Below, piece by piece: positions 52,701-64,000 of a DNA stretch of 64,000 nt (positions are counted from its first letter, which is position 1; every line of letters starts with the position of its first letter). The stretch comes from Flaccisagitta enflata. Its lineage: Eukaryota. Position numbers and translations under genes: made by a program. The notes under the pieces were generated by a model that did no database searches, was not told where the DNA came from, and worked only from the letters and a program-made list of their open reading frames with translations. The stretch lies in contig OZ231126.1 in NCBI GenBank assembly GCA_965153355.1, positions 9,920,001 to 9,984,000 of the forward strand. Direction: 5' to 3'.

Positions 52701-55700
52701 AATGGATGAATGAATGAACAAATGAATGATCGTTTGAAGCAAATAGAAACCGAAATTCATTGAGATCGAAATACTGAGGAAGTCGATGTCCAGCGCAGCC
52801 GAAATACCGACCTTGTAGACGAAATCTGGTTTCTCCATTTGTGCTAACTGGGGCGGGATTCCCTGCGGCGACGCTGCAGCAACGCCGGCGCCGAATCCGT
52901 TGGAAGGTGACAGAAAAGAAGCGCCGTCGAAAAAGGAATCCTGAACGGCGCCCCGATGAGACGCCAAAGGAGGATGAAGCGACGCCGCGGCAGAATATAA
53001 AGAAGGCGCCGTTAAAGACTGCTCAGCGCGAGATAGATACTCTTTCAGTCTGGAGAAGATAATGATGATGAGGAGGAGAGGGCAGAAGAGTAAAAGCGAG
53101 TGGGAGAATAAACAAAGGAAATAGGATGCATGGAGAGAAAGGAAGAGAAGGAGATGGAGGAGGGGATGAGATAGGGAGAGGCAATATGAGGGAAAACTGT
53201 TAAGAGACGGACGGACGGTAGACGATAGAGGGGAGGGGATGAAGAAGAGAAAGGGCATCAAAAAGAGGGGCGTAACTACAGGGGATGATGATATTAGAGG
53301 GAAGAACAAGACGAGGGGAGTAAAAATCGCCACGCAACTCACCTCGGCTGATTAAAGACTTTGCAAACGCGATAAAGCATGACAGCATTTATAGGCGAAC
53401 TCAGGTCCATTCTGAACAGCCGCTTGAGAAAGTCTTGAAAGGGGACGACGAAGTGAAGCAGATTATCGCCGATGAAGCCGCCCGTCAACCAATCTTCCTC
53501 CACTTCGTTCGATCGCTCCTCGTCCTTGTCACCAGCGGCAGGGTCCATGTACCTTCATAGGAAAGGAGAGAGACAGGGGAGAAGATGGTTATCCCATAGT
53601 ATCCGCGATCGCGATAAACCCGTTTACAGATATGCGAGCGCACTTCTTCTGTCGCTTTATTTATTGATTCATTAATGATAAGCAAAGAACGAGCTCCAAC
53701 CTTCAAGCACATCGATACAGACCGACATGAAACTCAGTCACGCTATCAGATCAGTATCCTACAAGAGGGCCGAAATTACAACCAAAAGATAAAAAAACCT
53801 CCACGGTTGGATGTAACTAAGCCAAGTTTCTTGAATCATGCGGAATCCTTGATCAAGAGGCCATTTCTCAAAGCCGATCCGCAGGAAAGAATAAATCTGC
53901 TTTTGGAGGAACAATGGGATCGCGGCTTGACGAAATTCCTCCATCGAAGTGTCACACTGTCAAGCGAATGGGGTGAATAAAAATTAGTATTCGCGGAGGA
54001 GGGGGAGGAGTTTAAAATTATAGGGTTTGCAAATGGGGTAAGAAATCAAAAGCTGGAAAAGAAGAATTGTCGCGAAAGCGTTAAATGGTCAGCGGTACCC
54101 ATGCTTGGTGTAATTGTAGGGCAGCGGCTCTGACAGGGTCGATGACCTATGCTTTCACTCATATGGGGAATTTTCTCCTTCCTTTCCTCCCTGAAGCCGC
54201 AGGGGGATAACAGAATTTGGTACAATTGGGAAGATTTGGGAAGAATTTCGGCCTTGAGGCTGGAACTGGGGGAATGAGGCTAGAATTTGGGACTCGTGGG
54301 GGGTATGTAGGAGGAGAATGTGTAGGGGGAGAAAATTCCCCATATGTGTGAAAGCATAGGTCATTGAACCCTGTGGGACAGCAGCCCAAACAGGAAAATT
54401 CTAGACGATAATACACTTTGAACACGCTCTCCCACTCACCTGATTGGAGAGTTCCCTTCCTTGGAAAGGAGGCGGTGATTGAGATCGACGAAGCGAGTTG
54501 GCGAAATAATGAACTTGTTTGATCATTTGCCGAACGTAACGCACCAACTCTAATCTGAGGTCAAAGAAGTAAGGGCAGGTGTTAACAATACAACCCTTCT
54601 CGCCGAGTGGCGAGTGGCGAGTGGCGAGTGGCGAGTGGCGAGTGGCAAAAAGCTAGTGGGGAAAAGGAACAATAGAAACAATGTTGCAACTTGTTTTTTT
54701 TTTCAGTGTATATGCGCGCAAGAGACCATGAACAGGATCAATGGCCCCTCTACCCCGTCCCCCTTACTCCCCAGGAGTGGCGAGTGGGAAGCGAGTGGGA
54801 AGCGAGTGGCGAGTGGGAAGCGAGTGGCGAGTGGGAAGCGAGTGGCGAGTGGGAAGCGAGTGGCGAGTGGGAAGTGAGTGGCGAGTGGGAAGTGAGTGGC
54901 GAGTGGGAAGCATGGCGTGGGGGTGGGGCGTGGCGAGTGAGGAGTGGGGAGTGGCAATGTTTTTTTTTGTTTTCTCTCCACTCTTGAATCTTTTTCAATA
55001 AATGCCAAAAACAGTGTAAATGAAAGTATCGCGCGTCTCCTATAGGGAACGCGACGAGTGGGGAGTGGGAAATACACAAACACTCAAAAATACAAATATC
55101 TCATCGATATTACCTTAAAGGCCATCAAGAACTGAGGAAAATTAAGTTTTCTGTGTTTAGGAGTGGCGAGTGGCGAGTGGCAAGTGATTTTTTTTTTTTC
55201 CAACTCCTGAATCCTTTTCAATAAATGCCAAAAACAGTGTAAATGAAAGTATCGCGCGTCTCCTATAGGGAACGCGACGAGTGGGGAGTGGGAAGAACAA
55301 AAACACTCAAAAATACAAAAACCGGGTTGAGTTTAGGGTTAGGGACCGGGTTGAGTTTAGGGTTAGGGACCGGGTTGAGTTTAGGGTTAGGGACCGGGTT
55401 GAGTTTAGGGTTAGGGACCGGGTTGAGTTTAGGGTTAGGGACCGCTGAGCTTAGGTTAGGGACCGGGGTTGAGTTTAGGGTTAGGGACCGGGTTATTTAG
55501 GCTAGGGACCGGTTGAGTTTAGGTTAGGGACCGCTGAGTTTGTTAGGGACCGGGCTGAGTTTAGGGTTAGGGACCGGGTTGAGTTTAGGGTTAGGGACCG
55601 GGTTGAGTTTAGGGTTAGGGACCGGGTTGAGTTTAGGGTTAGGGACCGGGTTGAGTTTAGGGTTAGGGACCGGGTTGAGTTTAGGGTTAGGGACCGGGTT

Positions 55701-58700
55701 GAGTTTAGGGTTAGGGACCGGGTTGAGTTTAGGGTTAGGAACCGGGTTGAGTTTAGGGTTAGGGACCGGGGGCCATGACCGGCTGAGCGAGGCCAGGACC
55801 GGGGCTGAGTTTAGGATAGGACTGGCTGAGCAGGGCCAGGGACCATGAGTTTTAGGATAGGGGACCGCTTGACAGGCGCTAGGATCATTATTTAGGCAAA
55901 TCTGGCTTGGAAGCGAGGTTAGGACTGGGCTGGAGCTGAAATAGACCGGCTGAGTTTGTGGCCAGGACCAAAGGAGCTGGCACTAGGGACCGGCTGAGCC
56001 AGGAGTTTAGGGACCGCGAGTTTTAGGCTGCACCGCCAGCTTGAGGGCTGTGGACCACAGAGTTTAGGTCAGGGACCTGGCTGAGTTTGAGCCAGGACCG
56101 GGCTGAGTTTAGGTTAGACCGCTGAGCCGTAGGGGTTAGGACCGGGGCTGAGCTTTAGGCTAGGACCGGGCTAGAGTTTAGGTTAGGACCGCGCGAGATT
56201 AGGACCATTGTTTAGGCTGTGAATCGAAGGAGCCTTAGGTTAGACCGGCTGAGTTTGTGGTTGTGACCACATGGGGTTAGGGACCGGTTGAGCTTGAGGG
56301 TTAGGGACCGCAGTTGAGTTTTAGGTTAGGACCGGTTATTTAGGCCAGGGACCGGCTGAGTTGAAGGGAATCAGGGGCTGAGTTTAGGGCACCTGCTGAG
56401 TTTAGGGTTAGACTGCTGAGTTTAGGTTAGGACCGCTTGTTTTGAAATAGGACCATGGAGTTTAGGTTAGGGACCGCTGAGCGAGGTTAGGACCGGTTGA
56501 TTTAGGTTGTAACCATGAGCAGAGGCTATGGACCGGCTGAGCTGAGGTTGAAAACAACATTGAATAGTGTGACCGAATGAGCTTAGGTTAGGACCACATG
56601 AGATATGAAGTTAGACCATATGAGTTTGTGACGCTGAGTTGAAGAGTAACTGTATGAGTTTAGGGTTAGGACTCAATATTGTAAGAACTGGGCTAGCTTT
56701 GATGCTAGGACCAAGAATAAATGACCACACAAAGTGTGGACCTGGTTTGTTTAGGTATGAACCACATTTGTAAAGATTAGAAAGAAAACCCTTTACAAGG
56801 CAGCTTTTATTTTTTAATAGTAAAAGATATTTTTTCATACTTTTAAATATATGATTTAATTTTAGTGACTTACCTTAAAACATGCTATTTCACAGGTAAC
56901 TGTTTACTTTTCGCAGTATGAAAACTTGTTCTTATTTGTAATATAACTCCTACTTTCGCGTTTGTTAATTTGATCATCAATAAGTACATTAACATCTTCA
57001 ACTGCAAATCCAACTGGTGCTGGATTAATAGACGACCAGTATATAAGTGCTGATAATATAATTGTATTATTTGATCAGAGTAGTGATCGTTGAAAACTTT
57101 CACATAAACATTTTAATAAAGTAATACTAACCTCAATAATACAATATTTTTTCCACATTATCACATACCAGATTTGGAAGGAAATAAAAACTTTATTTCA
57201 TAGTTTTTTAATTTTTAAGAACCCAATTGTCTAACTCCTAACTGACTGTGAGCTTATAAGATCCTAGAAATTAAATGAAAAAGCATTTGCCAATCTGACA
57301 GTTGTTGTAATTTAAGGACTTATCTTTCAACGACCAATTAGCTGGCTTCTGATATGGACGATTGAAAGACAACGCCAGATTTAAATTTAAGACCTGAATC
57401 ACTTCTGAGAACTGTACCTAACCTGTCTCAGATCTAACTCAACCTTATCTTAATCTGAACTCACCAACCTTTGAACTTTAACTAACCTGTCTCTTGACCT
57501 TAAAACTAACTCAGTCCTTGGACTCAAACTCAACCATAACTTTAACCAGTCCCAACCTGGTCCTGAACCCTGCACTCAACTGTCCTAACTGAACCCAACT
57601 ATCCTAACTCCTAACTAACTTATCTTAATTTAAACAACTCAACTCACCTTGAATTTCAACTCATCTGACCTGAATCACCCTAACCCAACTCCAATCTTCA
57701 ACCTTGTCTTCACCCCTGTGAACCTTCAACCTTTCAGCCTTAACTCAACTCAACCCAGCCAACCCAACTCCAACCCTAGCCTTGAACCAACCTCCTAGGC
57801 TTAACCTGAACTCAACTCAGCCTCAACCTTGAACTCAACCTTGCCTTAACCAACCCCAACCTCCTTAGCCTTAACTCAAAACTCTCAACTCCAGCCTCAA
57901 CCTCAAACTCAACCTTGCCTCAACCTCAAACTCAACCCTGCCTCAGCCTTCCTAAAATCCTGTCCCTAGCCTCTACCTCCCAACTCAACCCCAGCCTCAA
58001 CCCCAACCCAACCTCAGCTCCCAACCCTAAATCCCCAACCCCATCTCTAACCTGCCCTAAACTCACCTGAGCCTCTAACTCCTGAAACTCCAACCTCAGC
58101 CCCAACCCCAACCCAACCTAGTCTCTAACCTCAAACTCAACCTCTAGCCTCAACTCCTAAACTCAACCTTGGCCTCTAACTCCCAAACTCAACCTCAGCT
58201 CCTAACCCAAATCAACCCTGAATTAACTCCTATTTTTGACTGCTTTTGTATTTCACTCCCCACTCGTCATGTCCCTCAAGTAGGGATATGGCTATTTTCA
58301 TTACACTGTTTTTGTATATCCAACAAAGATTCAGGAGGGAAAGAAAAACCAAAAAACTTTGCCACTTGCCACTCACATTCTGCCACCTTCCACATCACTA
58401 TCTCTTCATTTTGAATGCTTGTATTCCACTCCCACCTTATCATGTCTCTATAGGAGGCAGCACACTTTCTACTTACACTGCTCTATGCATTAATTGACAA
58501 GATTCAGGAGGAAAGAGAAAACCAAAGAAAAAAATTTTTGCCACTCGCCACTCGCCACTCGCCACTCGGAGAAGGGTTGTATAATTAACACCTGCCGAAG
58601 TAAGCATGAATGGAGCAATTGACAATTGTCACTCATTTGACCATTTGCCGAGCGTAACGTATCAACTCTAATCAGAGGTCAGATAGAGAATATGAATGAA

Positions 58701-61700
58701 AGGAGCAATTATCGTCTAGTATGATTCTACCCAAGGTCAGGGTGGCAGAAAATTCTTTAGGTCCGAGGCACAACTTTTCGCATCGCTATAGGTCCGACTT
58801 ATCAAAATCAATTATTATTATGTAAATATAACAAGAAACTACTAGTTTTCTTCATCTTAGCTTTATTTTCATGAACACCAAGAGTTCCTGTATCAAATGA
58901 ATGAATGATTAAACCTTAAGCCCTATAGATCCATTCAATTTTTTTCAATTTTTATCTTTTTTCTTCATTCCCTTAATTTTTCTCCACTATCAAATCTATA
59001 AGTCCGACTTTTGAGCTATAGTTCCGACTCTAATCTGAGGTTAGATAGAAAGAATCTGCGATTACTATGATTCTACCGAAGGTAAAGAAAGACCTTTTCG
59101 ATCAAATAGAAATAATTGACGCGATTGACGCGATTGGCTCAATTTACGATTATCAATGAAGGCCATTTGAAGAGCGTAGAACAAACTATAATCTAAGAAT
59201 CGGAGCAATTGTCAGTCTAAGTGATCGTAAAAGGAGACAACAGACTTGCTTCGACGCAGTGTCAGTTTCATTTCTAGTTACAACCGCAAGTGACCAAGTG
59301 GTGATTGGGTAGGCTACTTACGAAGGGAGATATATTGGATTGACAACCGGGGCCGTCGTTGGTAATTTTTCGTCGAGTTCGTTTTGATTGACCCTGTGAA
59401 ACGGAAATGACCAAAGTGCAACATCGTAAAGCATCTCTAAATGTTAAAGACAAAAGAGGTCCATCCTATGGGGACAATGGTAATAACTCCAAACAGTTTT
59501 CCCTTACCAAAACTCGACGAGAACGGAGAGGAATGTTTCGGATCGCCAACTTTTGCGAAATAGACCGCCATCGGCCTCATTGGCAAATCCGTGAATCGCA
59601 GTCGTATCTGAACAAGAACATGGTTCAAGGTCGGTTTTTGAAAGAAAACAAAATCGGTTTTCAGAGAACGGCCGTTCCAAAAAAACGACAATGCCAGGAA
59701 TGAAAGACCACTTTTGGTAAGCAATTTGCAGTAGAGGTAGATGAGAATGTTTTTCAGATCCTGTTTTTTGGAAAACTAGTTGTGCGCGTATAAACTAGTC
59801 AGTGAGGGTTCACAAGGCCCTCATCCATTAATTTCAGTTTCGGTATAGTGGGGGATATTCGGGAAAAAAGTCGAAGTCAGTCTTCGACTTTTTGACATAT
59901 TCGAGAGAAATAGGGTTTTTATTTTCTTATTGGGAAGTAGGGAATCTCCATTGACCGAATGAGGCCTCCGATGATATTGATAGGGTAAGTAAATTTGATA
60001 ATTCTCTTTCATATGGCGTCAAGCAGAATGCTCTACGGCAAATATTTTTTGCGTTATGAATTTTTGAAGATTTATTTACGAAAAATTCAAATTGAATTTT
60101 TTTCGATTTTTTATGATTTTCAGTAGAATCAATAAAGGAGTGTATTTCAGTTTGTTTGAGCATGCAGATACAAGAAAACATGTTTATGAGCATACCTGCT
60201 CATCTGTGAAGGTGTTTTTGAGCAATTTAGCTCATTTAACTCATTTAACTCAGTTTGTTTTTCTGATTTAAAATGCGATAAATGAATAAATGTTTTTATA
60301 CATGTTTAAGCATGCAAATAGAAGAAAGCATGTCAGTGAGCATAGCTGGTTGTCTGCTTGAATGATGTTGAGTATTTTAGCTCATCTAGCTCATTTGGCT
60401 CAGTCATATTTATCTCTGATTTTCAATGCCAAAAAGATTTACAGTGACTGAAAACAAAAACCTGGTGAAAAGTGACCAATGCTTACGACTTTTTTCCTCA
60501 CGGCGACAGCCGCCATTACTGGTATTACACCTATCACATAAACCGATGGCTTCTTTAGTTCCCCTGCAACTTACTGCTGGCAGTGGGACTGGTGCAGAGA
60601 TTCTGTTTAAGCAGCGCGGATTTGAAGGATGTTGTGGAGGAGGAAGAAGGGGATCGAGGAGAGGCCACAACGGGGCTGCAGGCAGGAGACGACCAACTCC
60701 GAGACGAGGCGTAAGAAGAAAGAGGAGGAAGCGACTCTTCACTAGACGAACTCGCTGGCAGAAAGACCTGCCGAGAAAATCATACAGCGTAAAAAGAAAG
60801 AGGAGGAAGCGACTCTTCACTAGACGAACTCGCTGGCTGAAAGACCTGCGGAGAAAATCATACAGCGTAATAAGAAAGAGGAGGAAGCGACTCCACGCCA
60901 GATGAAACTGCTGACAGAAAGACCTGCCGAGAAAATCATACAGCGTAAAAAGAAAGAGGAGGAAGCGACTCCACGCCAGACAAACTCCCTGGCAGAAAGA
61001 CATGCGGAGAAAATCATACAGCGTAAAAAGAAAGAGGAGGAAGCGACTCGACGCCAGACAAACTCGCTGGCAGAAAAACATGCGGAGAAAATCATACAGC
61101 GTAAAAAGAAAGAGGAGGAAGCGACTCCACGCCAGACGAAACCGCTGACAGAAAGACCTACAGAGAGAAATAACAGAAAAAAGCTTCAAAATTACAGTCC
61201 CCGACTGGGGACTGTAATTTTTGAAGCTTTCTCGTTGCGTAAACGCAACTCGATAAGATACATGACAAGACAGCAATTTCAAGAAGAAAAAAAAGAAAAA
61301 AAATATTCAGTATTGTTTTAATGATGACAAAACTTGATAATGATAACAATAATGGATGATGATGATGACAACAATGAATAATGATGACAACAAAAATCTG
61401 AGAAAAAAATTTCAAAAAAAAAAAAAAAGTTTCAAAAAAGAAAATTTCAGAAAAAAATTTCAAAAAAATTTTCAAAAAATTTTCAAAAAAATTCTTAAAA
61501 AATTTTCAAAAAAAAATTTTGAAAAAAAAATTTTCAGAAAAAATTTTGAAAAAAAATTTGAAAAAATTTCAAAAGAATTTAGTAGTCGAAAATAATGACA
61601 GTAGTCGAGGATGATGACAGTAGTCGAGGATGATGACAGTAGTCGAAGATGATGACAGTAGTTGAAGATGATGACAGTAGTTGAAGATGATGACAGTAGT

Positions 61701-63687
61701 TGAAGATGATGACAGTAGTTGAAGATGATGACAGTAGTTGAAGATGATGACAGTAGTTGAAGATGATGACAGTAGTTGAAGATGATGACAGTAGTTGAAG
61801 ATGATGACAGTAGTTGAAGATGATGACAGTAGTTGAAGATGATGACAGTAGTTGAAGATGATAACAGTAGTTGAAGATGATAACAGTAGTTGAAGATGAT
61901 GACAGTAGTTGAAGATGATGACAGTAGTTGAAGATGATGACAGTAGTTGAAGATGATGACAGTAGTTGAAGATGATGACAGTAGTTGAAGATGATGACAG
62001 TAGTTGAAGATGAATCTTGAAATCCATGATGGAAAACCTAAAGAAAAATCAGAATGCAATAAATGAGCAAGTAAAGAATTCATCAACTCCAATCCTCTAT
62101 ATAAATCGCCCAAGTCCTAGTAACATATTACTACATTAATAAGCTAATATCTTATAAACCAGACTTCAGATTTAATTCGAATTTTGCAGGGGCAGTTCAA
62201 TTAATATTCTTTACTTGTATACCAAATTAAAAAAAAATTCACATAACTTTGCTACCCTTTGCCTATGTAAACTGCCTAAGTCATAGTAACATATTACTAC
62301 ATAAATAAGCTAATATCTCATAAACCAGACTTCAGATTTAATTCGAATTTTGCAGGGGTTATTTATTTACTACCCTCTACTTGTGTACCAAATTAAAAAA
62401 AAATTCACATACCTTTACTACCCTTTGCCTATTTAAATTGCCTAAGTCCTAGTAACATACTACTACATAAATAAGCTAATATCTCATAAACCAGACTTCA
62501 GATTTAATTCGAATTTTGCAGGGGTTGTTTATTTACTACCCTCTACTTGTATACCAAATTAAAAAAAAATTCATAAACTTTTACTACCCTCTACCTATGT
62601 AAACCACCCAAGTCCCAGCTAAATATTACTACAAAAATAATAGGCAAAGGGTAGTAAAAGTTTATGAATTTTTCTGAAAATTGGTACACAAGCTCCCATT
62701 GACATAAAAATACCACTGGTAAAGTTTCATGAACTTCTGAGGTCTGGTTCAAAAGATATGAGAAGGTTTTAAACGCCAACAACAACGACGACAGACTACA
62801 CGATCAGGTCCATCACATAGTCACCGACGAAAACTGTTCGTCGGGGACAAAAATGGCGCAGAGGAAATGGCCTTTATATATGGGCGAGAACACAAGCAGC
62901 CCCACACCGAAATTTCGACTTCTTCACATCTTTTCTCCTTGTCTGTAGAATAAAAGACCGACGCTCATCAAATACCGTCCGAGAGAAAAGAAGTACCTTG
63001 AGATAATGTTCCAGGAGAACGGAGAAGATGCAGTCGTTGGCGGTTTGCTGTTGTTGTATTTGCAGCATTTTGGCTTGATTAGGATTGACGAGATAAAATG
63101 CGAGATGAAAGAGGAAATATTCAAAGGCGTTGAGCGTCAAGTGAGTGACGGGAGACGGCGGCTGAGGTGACATAGAACCTATTCCACCACCTGCAGAAAG
63201 GGGTGGGGGGCAATTCAACTTTTTATCGCATTCACAATTATGGTTATAGTTCTGAAAAGTCGTGAATCCAAGACTTGTTGGGAATCTTGGAAAGATGTCC
63301 CACCATGAGAACGATGTAAACTAACACAAACGATGTAAACTAGCACAAACTCAGCTAACGGCAACAAGGCCCAAGCCACCTCATACCATGGGTGCCTAAG
63401 GGAGCCTTGATCTTATTCCGGTACAATGGTGGCACGACGCCCGCTTGGATCTTCTTCCTGGCCGGCGCCGGAAGGAACGCCACGGGGAAGCTGAAAGCGA
63501 CGCCAGAATCCGTCGTCAATTTGTAGATCATCTCGAGGAAGGGGCCGCCGGCGTTGAGGAACGTCGACATGGCGGTAAAGTCGTTGGAGACGGCCAAAGA
63601 CGTGGACGCACCGGAGCGAGTGAGGGTACCCAACTCCCAGGCGGCGCCCGCGTACGTGGCGAAGATGGAATCGATCGTAACGGCCAC
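49791..63687 (-). CDS. SMPD4: Sphingomyelin phosphodiesterase 4 (neutral SMase 3); 5' end lies beyond the window
   Basis: Phase-consistent GT-AG exons: 63387-63687, 62997-63190, 60575-60767, 59508-59607, 59322-59393, 54440-54554, 53799-53956, 53343-53552, 52812-53049, 52328-52505, 50665-50919, 49791-50398. Motifs matching SMPD4 as recalled: GGPFLEMIYKL, FSFPVAFLP, LNAFEYFLF, WRSETFLSVLVEFW, FEKWPLD...WLSYIQPWRY, GLRRF..FQGDPDLHPI, PRVSLRFLA plus a C-terminal hydrophobic anchor. Confidence 0.93.
50975..51192. mobile_element. Small MITE with short TIRs and an internal GAGC/GCGA-rich repeat
   Basis: GAGGGCGTGTTTCTAGT at the left end and ACTAGAAACACCCTC at the right end. Confidence 0.5.
54119..54387. 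mobile_element. MITE with ~60-bp TIRs
   Basis: GATGACCTATGCTTTCACTCATATGGGGAATTTTCTCC is the inverse of GGAGAAAATTCCCCATATGTGTGAAAGCATAGGTCATT. Confidence 0.75.
54574..58596. mobile_element. 4-kb foldback DNA element with 8-bp TSD and internal telomere-like arrays
   Basis: GAAGTAAG(54566-54573)|GGCAGGTGTTAA...TTAACACCTGCC|GAAGTAAG(58597-58604). Subterminal (GAGTGGC)n / (GCCACTC)n. Duplicated ~140-bp blocks are mirrored in both arms. Confidence 0.85.
55321..55770 (+). repeat. Tandem 24-mer (ACCGGGTTGAGTTTAGGGTTAGGG)n, degrading to ~56700 and mirrored as a noisy C-rich tract at ~57400-58220
   Basis: Directly visible. Each unit contains TTAGGG twice. Confidence 0.9.
60709..61176 (-). repeat. 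Six 78-bp tandem copies spanning an SMPD4 splice acceptor and exon start
   Basis: Unit TTTTCTCGGCAG|GTCTTTCTGCCAGCGAGTTCGTC...TACGCTGTATGA. Only the most 3' copy continues into coding sequence. Confidence 0.85.
61177..62853. mobile_element. Helentron/DINE-like element, copy B, carrying a 19-bp array (61590-62012) and three ~170-bp tandem units (62113-62610)
   Basis: End hairpins AAGCTTCAAAATTACAGTCCCC-GACT-GGGGACTGTAATTTTTGAAGCTT and CCGACGAA-AACTG-TTCGTCGG. A-runs at both ends. Blocks shared with 9128-9726. Confidence 0.65.
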
Positions 63688-64000
63688 CTAGAAAAATGAC
63701 GAGGAGGAGGCGGATGAAGAAGTACAGGCGGATGAGGAGGAAGGGGCGAATGGAGGAAGTGAAAGAGGAAAAAGTGAAAGAGGAGGAAGAAGTGAAAGAG
63801 GAGAAAGTGAAGGAAGAAGAGAAAGTAGGAACAAAAGAATGAGGAGGAAGAAGGGAAAGAAGATGAAGAAAGGGAAAGAAGAGGATAAGGAGGAAGAGGA
63901 GAAGGAAGAGAAGGAAGAGGAAGAAGCTTAAGAAGAGAAAGTAGTGTGTAAGGAGGGAGGAAAAGGAAGCAAGAAAGAAGATGACAATGAAACGACAACT

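Noticed and set aside
55321-58220. Telomere-telomere fusion site
   Set aside because: The orientation fits, but the unit is a 24-mer and the whole is enclosed by TIRs and an 8-bp TSD inside an intact SMPD4 intron, which points to a transposon.
60410-62113. Repetitive ORFs and CRISPR-like periodicity
   Set aside because: Head-to-tail 78-bp and 19-bp tandem repeats without unique spacers, in a eukaryotic intron.

Overview
Eukaryotic (invertebrate-animal-like) genomic DNA with six host genes in a row, all on the minus strand with short intergenic gaps. In transcriptional order they are SMPD4 (5'-truncated, 12 exons seen), NIT2 (4 exons), two tandem paralogous C2H2-zinc-finger/TRF-like-Myb genes (one intronless, one with 2 introns), a 2146-aa intronless multi-C2H2 gene, and exon 1 of KRTCAP2. 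The most striking object is a 24.5-kb insertion (18599-43070) in NIT2 intron 3. It has ~3.7-kb near-identical terminal inverted repeats, AAGTAATAGT ends and a perfect 6-bp target-site duplication (AAGCGG), which is Polinton/Maverick-like outer architecture. Its core, however, is a three-ORF non-LTR retroelement cassette (Gag-like ORF1, APE-RT ORF2, unknown ORF3), with no pPolB, integrase or capsid gene that I can recognise. A young gag-only LTR element (22270-28962) is nested in it. An SMPD4 intron holds a 4-kb foldback element with an 8-bp TSD built around a TTAGGG-containing 24-mer array. Introns also contain MITEs, Helentron/DINE-like elements, microsatellites and repeated duplications of splice-acceptor/exon-start sequences. 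All family assignments come from reading motifs by eye; no database searches were run.
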